DNA of 64,000 nucleotides, from NCBI GenBank assembly GCA_013239625.1, contig MU053482.1, positions 62,001 to 126,000 of the forward strand, read 5' to 3'. The notes beneath the pieces are model-generated. The model was not told where the DNA came from, ran no database searches, and was given only the letters and a program-made list of their open reading frames with translations. Position 1 is the stretch's first letter. Each line of letters starts with the position of its first letter. This document shows positions 50,604-62,278 of this stretch, one piece after another. Source of the stretch: Lama guanicoe. Lineage: Eukaryota. Position numbers and translations under genes: made by a program.

Positions 50604-52918
50604 GAAATAAATCCTAAACTGAGGAGATTTCACTTGGGTTTCTGTATGGTAAGAAACAGGAATCAGGTCAACAGAAAACAAAACTGTCACAATACTAGCT
50701 AACCCTTACTCATTCAGAAAACCGATGATATATAGAAGAACAATCCCAAATGAAGGCAAAGTTCAGTAGAGATATATGTGAATGGGGGAAGGGCTTAGCA
50801 AATTATTTCTAAAAACAATTTGGAAAAACAAATAAGAAAAACAAGCCACAAGGTTCAGAAGGAAAAATGAGAATTACCTCATTAAAACACACTGTAAAGC
50901 TATAAAAATTTGTCCAAATGATACTGACAAAAGCAAATTGGTCAATCATAGAACCCATAAGCCAGAAATGCTCACTAGTTTACAGAGTAATCAAGAACTA
51001 ATAAAGATGTTATAAAATCATATTTAACCATAGGTCTTTTCAGTGAATATTGCTGACATAATTTGTTAGTCATTAAAAAATTTCTTTTCCTCACTTTTTA
51101 TCACACCCAAAAGTAAACTGGAGATGGAAACATTTATGATATACTTCCAATCCCATGATGAAGTAGAAAAAAGAAGTAAATACTGATTAAATACAAAGAG
51201 GATCTCCAAGGCTCCCCTGTCATTCTGACTTATTGTTCCTCAGGCACAGTCCACCCTGGACAAACTTAATTTAAGCCTGCACAAACACAGTTCAATGTTC
51301 CTATAGAGAATGTTATGCTCAAAGGCAAACTGTTTTCGTTACTATTTATGATCACCAACCTCACATGAGCACTTCATAGGTAAGTCCATTATAATAACCT
51401 CTGGTTAATTCACTCTTTCACCCACTGCAAGCAATTTTTCAAATATTCTAAATTCTTTTTAAATTCTAAATCCTCTCTCAGAAGATGACCTCTTCAAGTG
51501 TGTCACAAAGACAGCAGAGACTATTAGATGCAAGTTCCTCAAGTTTCTCATAAATCTGTCAATGCCTATACCCCTGCTCTCCTCTTCGCCTCTGGTATAC
51601 ACGAATATCTATCCCTCCTCTTAATTCCAGTCTCTTCATCTCTGATGTGGAGTCTATCCACCCTGATATTCTTAGGAAATTTGACCTATTATTCATTCCA
51701 TTTGCTATGTATTCAATCTTTCCCTCTGTACATCTTTCCTGTGGGTATTCAAAATATTAAGACAAGTCTCTCATCTCTCAATAAACTTCTATATCTATCC
51801 CACATCCCCATTTGGCAGAAAAACTGTAATTTCAGTTTTGGACAAAGATACCAAATCTCTCTCTTTCTCTTTCTTTCACACTCAAACTTAAGGAACCAGA
51901 AGAGGAAAAGGATATCTAAAGGAGTCAGCTGTCTGCATCCAGTAACCAGAACTCCCACTGCTTCCTTTACTCTGCTGAAAAAATCTAGAGAGTTTTATGA
52001 TCTGCAGTCAATTACTCACACTGTTGCACCCTCTTCTCCAAGCCAGCTGGGAACAGTAATAGTCTGAGATACTGGGACCCTGCGGCTGATGAGCTGGATC
52101 TCCTGGGAACCTCCATCTTAACTTTATGTTAAGGTGCTATTAGGTGGTAGTTAAGAGGTGGGAAACAGGATTTGAAACAGACTTGAAGTTCAAATCTATA
52201 TCTATCTGCTGAACTTCACAGACCATCCTCTTAAACATTACTTTATACCACTTTCAAAATCCTGAAATGTTATATTAAAATTTTCCAGAATTTCCTAACA
52301 AAACTGTACTCTTTCCTGCTTTTTATATTATCCTGAATTCAACTCTGCTGTTGATATCTGCATGAATTTGGGCAGCTAATTTATCCTGTGTAAACCTCAG
52401 TATTCAATAAATATTTATTGCCAACCATATGTCCAACACTAGAATAGTCACAGGGATAAAAAGTTGAATAAAGTAGTTAAGGTCTCTGCCCTCATCAAGT
52501 TTCTATTATGCAAACATTACGTTATAGTATCAGTAACCTCCCATTGTTCATAAAATAAAACCAGTTCTCATAATATAGACTACGCAGGACTACACATGAA
52601 CTGGGCTGTTAGCTTCAATGAGCATTAGATCCATGTTGATTTTGTTCCTCATTAGTATAGTGTCTCACACAGTATTTGGAATGTAGTAGAATCAACACAT
52701 TTTTACTTAATTAATTGAAGGTCATACATATTCTGACTCCTTCCTACCTCTTCAGTGTATTTAGAACCACTTTTCTGAGTGGCTGATTATTTCAGTCACA
52801 GATATTTTTTAGTATCTCTTGGGGGTTTGTGATGATGAAGTTAAAGTAAAATCAGTCAAACTGACTGTATGATTTTTTTTTTCTCCTTTACCAAACAGAA
52901 GAAGAAAAATGGAAGAGA

Positions 52919-52965
52919 GGGGAAGGGAAGGGAAGGGAAGGGAAGGGAAGGGAAGGGAAGGGAAG
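52919..52965 (+). repeat. (GGAAG)n pentanucleotide repeat
   Basis: About 9 visible tandem units. Confidence 0.95.
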
Positions 52966-53059
52966 ATTTTCATTGAGAAAAGAAAGACTATCCTTTGAGA
53001 AGTACTAATCACAAGTCTGCACTTATGATGCCTGGGGGCTGGAATTCACATAACTTGCG

Positions 53060-53765
53060 TGTCCTAAAATCTCATAAGTAAATTGTTGGTTTTATTGGCT
53101 TAAAATTGTATCATTCCTTTATTACCCTTCTAATGTCTAGTATGGTCTGTATAATAACTTCTTCAATCATCATATTGATCCTTTGCACTTCTTTTTTTCT
53201 TTCTAAAGAAAAAGAAATTAAGATTTTTTTGTAAAATCTTACCAGGATTTTATTAATGTTATTAATCTTTCCAAAGAATCAACCTTGTTTCTGTTGTTTT
53301 GCTAATTTTCCTATTGTTTCTGCTTTCAATAATATTTTGCTAATATCTTTATTAATTCCTTACTCTTATTTACTCTTGCTTAATTTATTCATTTTCTAAC
53401 ACCTTAAGTTGTCAACTTAAATAATTGATATTAAATCTTCATTCTTTTGTAATATAAACATTTAAAAGTATCATTTCCCTCTAGTTTAGCTGCATCCCAC
53501 AACTTTTACAAGTCATTATCAATTAGTTTGAAATATTTTCTCTTCATTCCACAACTTTTACTGTGTATCATTATAAATTAGTTTGAAATATTTTATAATA
53601 TTCTCTGATTTCTTATTTGAATCATGGATTATTTATATGTATTTTGTTTAATTTCCAAGCATCAGGGACTTATCATGACATCTTATTATTATTGATTTCC
53701 AGCTTAATTATGTGTTGGTTTTTATCTTTTGAAATTCATTGACATAATTTAGGACCCAGCACAAA
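53060..53765 (-). mobile_element. Old L1 ORF2 fragment
   Basis: T-rich antisense L1: TTAATCTTTCCAAAGAATCAACC, TTTAGCTGCATCCCACAA. Confidence 0.65.
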
Positions 53766-55009
53766 AATGTACCCTGCCCCTCTCCACATTTTCTAACCTT
53801 CATGTAACATTATCAGCCTCACCCAAAGAATGTGAAAGTAGGCTCCACACTGCCTATTAGGGAAGAAACTTATTTCCTTCACTTCCACTTCCATGAAGGA
53901 AGGCTTTTCTTCTCACCGCAAGGCGGAAATAACAGCAGTGTGTACTCCTGCTCTGTCTTTTCCCCTTTCCTCTCCCTTTCTTGCTTTTCTTTATGGGAAG
54001 AAGGGTCATTTTTTGGACAAAGACTGTTGAAGTAGTGGGTGGGGCTGTGAGTCTCAAGAGTAGGAAGCATGTTCCAACCTGTCTGGTTCACTGCCTGCCT
54101 GGAGGGCCTGTCAGGTCAGAGATGGACTCTCTTTCGCTTTATATTAAAATATTATAAACTCACCTGCCTAAGAGCCTGTGATCCCAGAAAGAAACCTGAG
54201 AGTCAGTCATTTTTCCTTTCGCATTTTACATTCTTCAAGGACTTCATCTATTTCTGGGGATTCTGCAAATCGCCTTGCAGATGACTAGGCAAATGTTCTT
54301 GGAGACGAATTTTCAAATCAAATCTCACTAATTTGGGTCAGGGGAGGGAGTAGGAAGGGATCCTAAGGTCTAGAATTAAGGGAATGGGATTGATGGCCTT
54401 CTCTTTGTCCTCTGGGCCCATGTATACCTTCCACTCATGACTTACCAGAGGGCTGTGCACATGGAATGTATTAGGTTCTAACTATTACTACTTTAATCCC
54501 TCTTTTATTCCTCGTGGGCTTTCACTACTGCTGGGAATGCACAGGGGTTAAAGAGTGAAAAATCTCCACCTTCAACCTCCAAAAGCACTCCTGAGCTTCT
54601 CCCAAAGAGGCACCCTGTCTCTGTCAGGTGAGAGCATCAAATTCTAGGATGGGGGATCTGTCCTCCTAGTCTTGAACAGAAAATCATCAAAAAAAATAAT
54701 AAAAGAAAAACGGAGGTACTCACTGCAGAGGTATCAAGTTTATGCATTAATTGAATGAGATTACAAATAATTATTGAGGATGTTTGTTCTGTTGAGGAGT
54801 AAGTCACTTAGTATTGAGAAGTAAATTAAACATACGAGACTATTACTATCTTCCTGGAGTCAAGTATAATATGGACGGTATGTACAACACAAGTAATATC
54901 ACAAAATTCAACTAAAATTATAATAATTCTGATTCAAGATGTTGGACGGAAAACATGATTCACTTCCTCACTCTCTCCCAAAGTTACCCTTTTTTTAACA
55001 TCTCCAGAC

Positions 55010-55805
55010 TTCTCTTATAACTGGAAGTTTGTACTTTAGACCACCTTTGCCCAATTCCTCTACCCTCAAACTCCATCTCTGTCAACCACTAATTTGTTCT
55101 CTGTGTCTATTAGTTCAGTTTCTGAAGTTTCACATCTAAATGAGAACATACAGTATTTGTCTTTCTCTGTCTGCCTTATTTCACTTAGTATAATGCCTTC
55201 AAGGTCCATTCATGTTCTTACAAAAGCTGAATGTCCTTTTTTTATAGCTGAGTAACATATATATATGTTATGTTATATATATATATATACTTATATTTAT
55301 ATATATATATATACTTATATATGTTTATATATATACTTATATATTTATATACTATATATATATATATATATATATATAGTATATAAAACACATTTCCATT
55401 ATCCATTAGTCAATGAACACTCAGGTTTTCTTGGCTATTGTAAATCATGCTGCCATGAACACGGGGGTGCAGATATCAATTTGAGATAGAAATTTCATTT
55501 CCTTTGGCTATACACCCAGAAGTGTGATTGCTGGATTATACGTAGTTCTGTTCTTAATGTTTTGAGGAGCCTTCATACAGATTTCCAAAGTGGCTGCACC
55601 AGTTTACATTACTAACAGTGCACAGGATTTCCTCTTCTGCACATCCTCCCCAGCACCTGCTGTCTCTTGTCTTCTTGATGATAGATTTTAATAGGTATGA
55701 AGTAAGACCTCATTGTGGTTTTAATTTGCATTTCCCTGATAATTAATGCTGTTGAGCTACTTTTTATGTAACTGTTAGCCATTTGTGTGTCTTCTTTGGA
55801 AAAAT
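55010..55805 (-). mobile_element. L1 ORF2 3' end/3'UTR with an internal (TA)n expansion (~55257-55385)
   Basis: ATACAGTATTTGTCTTTCTCTG, TACACCCAGAAGTG, AGTGGCTGCACCAGTTTACATT, CTCATTGTGGTTTTAATTTGCATTTCCCTGAT. Confidence 0.9.
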
Positions 55806-57755
55806 ACCTAGCACAAAAGGAAAGGATCGTGCTAAATAAGCAAAAAACTAATCTACTAGAGCAAAAAGTGAAGATATGAAAAAAGACATTTATAAAATAT
55901 GTAATAATATTTTCATATTCTTTTTAATGCATCTTTGAGGTGGTGGAAAAGTAAAGGAGTCTAAATCAGCAGAAGAGATAAGAAAAGTTAAATCCAAGGA
56001 GCCCGTGCTACCATCTAGCTGAATGGCTATACAATTTTTAAATTTTGATATTTTAATAACATTGATAAAATGCTTAACATGGGTGATCATTGAAAACAGA
56101 AAAGGCACAATAAACACTTTGGGAATAAAATAGGGCATATATTGCAGGCAGAGGAAAATAAAATAAGAAAATGACAAACAATTTTTTGATAGTAAATTTG
56201 AATGAGAGTAAAATAAATTATTTACACATAAACAAAAACTGCAAACATTTTCAAAGGAAATTCTGAAAGACATTACATATCCTACTTGGAAGATCTGAAA
56301 TGGAAACATGTACTGTTTAGGCTACGTTAGTCAGCTACAACAAAGATTTCCCAAAACACAGTGGTTTACACCAAATACAAGTTAATTTCTGTCTCAGGTT
56401 TCAGTCAGGCTTAACAGAGTAGAAGTCCCAGACCTAGAACCAAGGGGATGAGAATGTGTATTCCTCCTACAGTAAGACTCATTCCAGTCCTCCCTAATTC
56501 ACCCATACGTGCCAACAAAATTAAAGACTTAATACTTAGTCTCTGTAACAGATAACTATTTACTAGGAGTAAAATTTACAAAGAAGGGGAAACTGGAAAC
56601 ACTAACCACCTACTCCACCCCTTCTACCTTTATGGAATACCCAGATAGGATCCTTTCATCAATTGAGCATCTTACCTCAATTTAGCAATGACTTTATTTC
56701 TTCACAACTGAAAAAAAAATGTAACTTTTTAGGGACTGAAAACAGTTAGGCTCAATATCAAGGCAACATCCAACAAAGAGATAGCAAACCAACTGGGACA
56801 ATCCTCCTGTAAGCTTTTTCCCAGTTCCTGTTAGCAGAAATGGGACGACGTCTAATTGATCACTCCATATCCACATTTCAGAAAGAGAAATTCTTCTTTC
56901 AAGTGGCATAGCTATAAATGTATTAATAAACCTATGTTTACCAACACCAGACTCTAACAAATTTTATGTTTAATCAGATACTGATAATTACATAGCTGCT
57001 TTGCTTTCTACATAGCTGCTTTGCTTTGTTAAATTAAGACACAAAACATATACATTCAATACTTGGTCTTATTCGCTCTTTACCCTAAGTAAAAATATGA
57101 ATAAATTAGAAATACAAACTGGATTTAAAAAAAATACACTGTGGACATATATATTTCTTCCTTAGAAATAGAGATCATATCTTACTACCCTACGAATATA
57201 TTACAGTGCCTTTCACTCTTGTTTATTTTAAATAAGTAACACTCATACTGCAATGAAAGGAGTCTTCTTACATTGTGGCTATGTCAAATGCTTTGATAGA
57301 GATCTTGTTGCTACATAAGATCCCAATGACCTAGAGCTCATACCACAAACTTAGAGGGTTTGAAGACACTCTGAAACTAAAACCTGGCAAAAGTTAGGAC
57401 TTTTTACTCCCATTCCAGATGATGTTGAATGATCAGTTATTGGAAGAAGGCAGAAAAAAAAAACACATCCAAAGCTATCATCTTTCCCCAAGCCATAATC
57501 CCTCCAACACAAGGAATACAAAAGTGTTGGGATCAGGGGCAAAAGAAAGAATGGGGAAGATATTCACAAATTCGGCTACTCAGGTACATCCAGTCAGCTA
57601 CGGAGCCAAGTGCTCATGATGTTCTTTGCCATAAGACTCCTACGAGTAGGAGAACTTCCCACTGTGGAATGACCTCTATCCACATGGCCAAGGCCAGCCA
57701 TGGGCTCCTGGCAGTGTCTTTGGCAGGAGCCCCTGAAGAAAATAACTGGGATGTG

Positions 57756-58709
57756 TTAGACCCATCCTTTTATGTATAACACCCTGAGTACTCGCTGGCG
57801 GATCTGCTGAGTCTTTACCCCATAGACAAGTGGATTGAGAGCAGGTGGCACAAGGAGGTAGAGTGTGGCCAGAAGAACATGGGCGTGATGGGGCACATGA
57901 TGGCCAAAGCGGTAAGTGAGGAAGGAGAACATTCCAGGAACGTAGAAGACCAAGATGACACAAATATGAGACCCACATGTGCTAAAAGCCTTAAGTTGGG
58001 CCTCAACCCCTGGTACCTTCAGCACTGCCTGGAGGATGTGGGCATAAGAAATACCAATGGCCAGGATGTCTAGACCAACCACAAGCAATGCCACTGCCAA
58101 CCCATAAGCTCGGTTCACTGTGGTTTCTGAGCAGGCAAGTTTTACCACAGCCATGTGTTCACAATAGGCATGGCCTATGACAGTGGCCCGACAGAAGACA
58201 AGTCTCTGCAGCAGGATGGGGAAGGGGAGGAGCAGGAGTAATCCCCGCACCAGCACTGCCACTCCAATGCGCCCTATGATCCCTGGATGCAGGATAGTGG
58301 AATGGTGCAGAGGGTGACAGATGGCTATGTAGCGATCCAGAGCCATGGCCACAAGGACACCTGACTCCATGGAAGAGAACGCATGGATGAAGAACATCTG
58401 CATCAGGCAGACCATGTACCCAATCTCATGGGCATGAACCAGGAGCACTGCCAGGGTTCTGGGGGCAGTGGAGGAGGCCAGAACCAGGTCAATGCCACAC
58501 AGCATGGCCAGAAAGAGGTACATAGGCTGGTGCAAGGATGGGTCAGTCCAGATGGTGAAGAGGATGGTGACGTTGCCCACTAGGGCAAGGAGGTAAAGGA
58601 CACACAGCGGCAATGCTATCCAGTGCTGGCTTTCCTCTAAACCTGGGATGCCGATCAGGAAAAAAGAAGGCTGGAGCAGCCTCCAGCTGGAATTACTCAG
58701 CGCCATCAT
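57756..58709 (-). CDS. OR52L1: Olfactory receptor 52L1-like (OR52L subfamily), intact 317 aa
   Basis: [87 protein letters not shown]. First ATG is 58709 (58712 is TTG). It could equally be the OR52L2 ortholog. Confidence 0.92.
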   Translation of the reverse strand: MMALSNSSWRLLQPSFFLIGIPGLEESQHWIALPLCVLYLLALVGNVTILFTIWTDPSLHQPMYLFLAMLCGIDLVLASSTAPRTLAVLLVHAHEIGYMVCLMQMFFIHAFSSMESGVLVAMALDRYIAICHPLHHSTILHPGIIGRIGVAVLVRGLLLLLPFPILLQRLVFCRATVIGHAYCEHMAVVKLACSETTVNRAYGLAVALLVVGLDILAIGISYAHILQAVLKVPGVEAQLKAFSTCGSHICVILVFYVPGMFSFLTYRFGHHVPHHAHVLLATLYLLVPPALNPLVYGVKTQQIRQRVLRVLYIKGWV

Positions 58710-60137
58710 CAACAGCTTGGAAGGAAAGAAGAGGCAGAAGAAACCAAAATCATGATTTCTCTATTCCTGACACATTTTCTTTTTCCCCAAGGCTTCTCTG
58801 TTTCAAACTTTTGCTATGCCTGTATCTGATCATGATGCTTCAGAGCTTCTGACAGCTCCACAATAACAATTAAATAGGTGCTGTGTTTAATCTCCCTATC
58901 ATTAAAATAAAAAACTTGAAACTGGATATGTTTGTGTATATGGGTCTGTCTTAGACACGATGTGAGATAATTGTATTTTTCTATGTAAGGGGGGTATATA
59001 TGTATATGCATGTATTAAAAGAGTCAGGAATGACTCAGTTCTTGTGGATTATGCATCTATAGTTCACTCCTACTGTCTTCTTTGTAAATCAACAATGACT
59101 ATAATATTGCCCCCAAATTCTGACCATGGCAGGTACAAAATCTGAAATGCCTGGTTGGTACGTATCTCCCAGCCTTTGTTTTCCTTCCAGATTCAAATTC
59201 ACTGATAACTTCATGTATCAGTGACATCTGTTTTATTGAGACCTCCAGGAGAATCTCTTAATCTTACCGAAATTCACATTTCAGTGCTTAACCTTCTACA
59301 TAGTGAGAACGTTAATTCTCTTCTGCTACACATTAGGCCCTTTCTCACATGTTAGCTGAGAAGTCAGAGGACAGCTGAGCATTTGTGCACCCATTGCTTT
59401 GATAGCAGCCGTATCAGCAGAGCAATGGAGGGTGAAGCCAAACTTCCGCGGTTGAAGGAGAAGCAGAGATGCGTGTGCCTGAGTAACCTGCCTCTTCTTT
59501 GCGCTGTGAAGTTTGTGAGTCTGGGGGAAAGCTTAGAGTTGTTTATTAAACATTCATTACTGAAGTCAACAAGTGGTCCCTCAGTGATTCTTAGAGGAAG
59601 AAATGAAGGGACTTGATTCCCAGGAATCGAAAAATGAAAATATATTTACCTCTCTGACCAAAAAGCAGGGGTCAATTAGCAAAAAACATTGAAGTTGTAT
59701 ATCCCTAATTATTCATGTAAATCCAGTCCAAGCAACCTCTATTCTCAGAAGCTGTCCCCAAATTCTGTAAGGCAGCCTGGCTTGTCTCCTCTTCTTTCCT
59801 ATAAAGATCACATTGTACTGATTACCTGCACTGTACATCTCATTAGTGCGACAGTCCTTAAAAAATAGGGACTACACCTAGCTTAAGGTAGTAGTCCCAG
59901 GGCAAGTCCCAGAAGGCCAGAAGTTAACTGGTACTCTGTAATGTTTGGTGAAGAAATAAATCTATATGGTTACATTAAAAATAAACAGTTGAGCATATAA
60001 AACAATCAGGAGTCATGGGAACTTGACAAGACAGACACTGAACGTAAGGGATGGGACTGCTGCAGCAGAAAGTGGAGCACCTATGAGAGGCGCACTAAGT
60101 GAGCCCCAGTGCTCCTCACCTAAGGTGGTATCCTGAT

Positions 60138-60236
60138 GGGCGGGCACTATAGCCCAGTGGTAGAGCACGTGCTTAGCATGCACAAGGTCGTGGGCTCAAT
60201 CTCCAGTGCCTCCATTAAAACAAAAAACAAAAAGCA
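60138..60236 (+). mobile_element. tRNA-derived SINE (camelid Vic-type) with a 15-bp TSD
   Basis: TATAGCCCAGTGGTAGAGCACGTGCTTAGCATGCACAAGGTCGTGGGCTCAATC plus A-tail; flanks TAAGGTGGTATCCTG (60121-60135) and TAAAGTGATATTCTG (60237-60251), 3 transitions apart. Confidence 0.85.
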
Positions 60237-62064
60237 TAAAGTGATATTCTGGGTGCCTCATGGCAGAGGAACCACACTGAATCTCTCTGCCCTGAGAGCT
60301 ACGACAGAATCCCAGGTGTGTATCAGAAATGAGGGACTCCTGTGGTCACTACTGGTCACTTCTGCTGCTGCCTCTGTCACTGCAGGCAGAGAGCTCCTCT
60401 GTAGACTGTGGGCTGTCCTTGTCTCCTTAATCTTCTTAACAGTGACATGGACTTTGTGATAGTGCTAAAAGGGAGATGCAGAGACCCAGAAAGAGGCTGG
60501 GGGAGGACACAGAAATAGTGGGTTCATGGTGATGACCTACCAGGATAAGGTGAAATAGAAATCAGACACTCCAAGGCAGAGGTCAGGTGTCATATCTGAG
60601 ATACAGAAACAATGAATAAAATATTCCTGATACAGGGGCACTGTTCTCCTGATCTTGGGGCTATCTTTTGAGGGTTCATGCTTTGCAGTCTTCACAAAGG
60701 GTTGAGGGAGACAGAATCATGGACAAAACTTTAAAAAAAAGAGAGAGAACATTCCCAGTCTCAAGAAGGTTTCACCATGGCCCTCTCTGCTCAGCTGCAG
60801 AAACACTGAGTCTCGGTTCAGTCTCCATAGCGATCTGTCCAGCGGAAGTGATGAAGAGGATATTGTATCCAGAAGGGCTGAACTGTAATCTCTGAATACC
60901 AGAGAGGAAATCAAACACATTACCCAGGTCCATGCAGGTCAAGTTTTCAAAAAATGTGAAGGATGAGTAGTAGCTCTGGCCAGACTTGGGTAAATTAGGT
61001 AAATCAGCTCTGTCTCCACACACCGTATATGATGATGAGGATGACAACCTAGGAGAATGCTAACGGCCCCTGTGAATTCCTCAGCTGACCATGAAGGTTT
61101 AATGGCACTGGGAAGTATCTGCAAGTTCACAGGTTAGCACACAGCATGTGTGACCTGAAAGGCAGAAGCTAAGGGGACTGGAAAAGAGAGAGTTAGTTTT
61201 GAGGAGTCAGTCAGTTAGTTTTGGGGAGAACAGCTACTCTGAAATAAAGGGAAATAGATTTACTAAGAGATGTCAAACCAGAGATATTAGAAGACTCAGA
61301 GCCATAGTAGCCAACCAAGAAATAACTCCTAAGCCAGGGCTATGGGGAAGGCAGAAGTCCACTGTCAACAGTCTTCCCCAAAACCATAAGCTCCAAACCT
61401 GACCTCATTTTCCACAGCAAGAAAATGACCTTCATAGTCATTTCCAAATACCATGCAAGAACTCTTAGCCGGTTCTGTCATCTTCATTCTAAAAGACAAG
61501 TCTACTCTTGATACTTCCCCAAGGCAGAGGTTGGTGACTATGAACAAGGCACTGATCAGGGAAGCTCTTATTACCGGTTGGCAGGTCCCAGAAGACACAC
61601 AGACCTACCTGGACAGAGCTAAAGTTAGCCTCAGGAATCACTAGAGGCACACAGAGCTAAGCTGCCCCAGGGAGGGCTGGTTGGGCAGAGAGACAGAGCA
61701 GGGAAAGGCAACTGTGCCTGAGCAAGGGGCCCACATTGTCCTGTGTTGATGATCACCCCAAGCCTGTACATCCTGATGACTTGTGTGGGAAACCACAGGC
61801 TCAGTGGGCTAGGAAATCTCACATTGCTCTGTATTCATAGGTCAAACTCAGCCCCAGGAAATTCTTTAGCAGACTCTGAGGTTAAATGTGTTTATTCTTC
61901 CATCTGCTGCAAGTGTAGGCTGCTAAAAGCCCATAATCAAGTCACTCTCCCTTGGACAAAGAGAGCTAACTCACTCAAAGTTACTTTTCCTACCTGGGTG
62001 CAGCTTTTAGCCAATGTCTGCTCTATGTACAAATACACAGACCTGACCCTCTTTCTTCAATCTG

Positions 62065-62278
62065 AAACAACACTGAAGGGCCATTCCCCTCAAGAGCACC
62101 CCAAGGAATTAGCTCAGACATCTGGGGTAACAGGATCACAGGTTAACTTCCTTCTCCTCTCCACTCTGCTTCCTTCACACCCTGACACGTGTAATTTTCA
62201 AGTATACTTCACAGTAAATCTCCTGCATGCAAATCTCTTCCTCAGAGTCTTCTTCTGGAGACTCCAACCTAAGGCAAA
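62065..62278 (+). mobile_element. LTR16/LTR33-like ERVL LTR fragment
   Basis: TCCTGCATGCAAATCTC..CTCAGAGTCT.CTTCTGG.GA..CCAACCTAAG.CA is the typical LTR16-class 3' end. Confidence 0.6.

Noticed and set aside
50604..50690. 29-aa N-terminal extension of the OR56A1-like protein
   Set aside because: Begins at GTG, contains likely acceptor sequence and is absent from the paralog.
51528..52067. 179-aa ORF
   Set aside because: No recognisable domain; pyrimidine-rich, old-repeat-like sequence.
52919..52965. CRISPR-like or other spaced repeat arrays
   Set aside because: Only simple microsatellites and short duplications are present; no repeat-spacer structure anywhere in the window.
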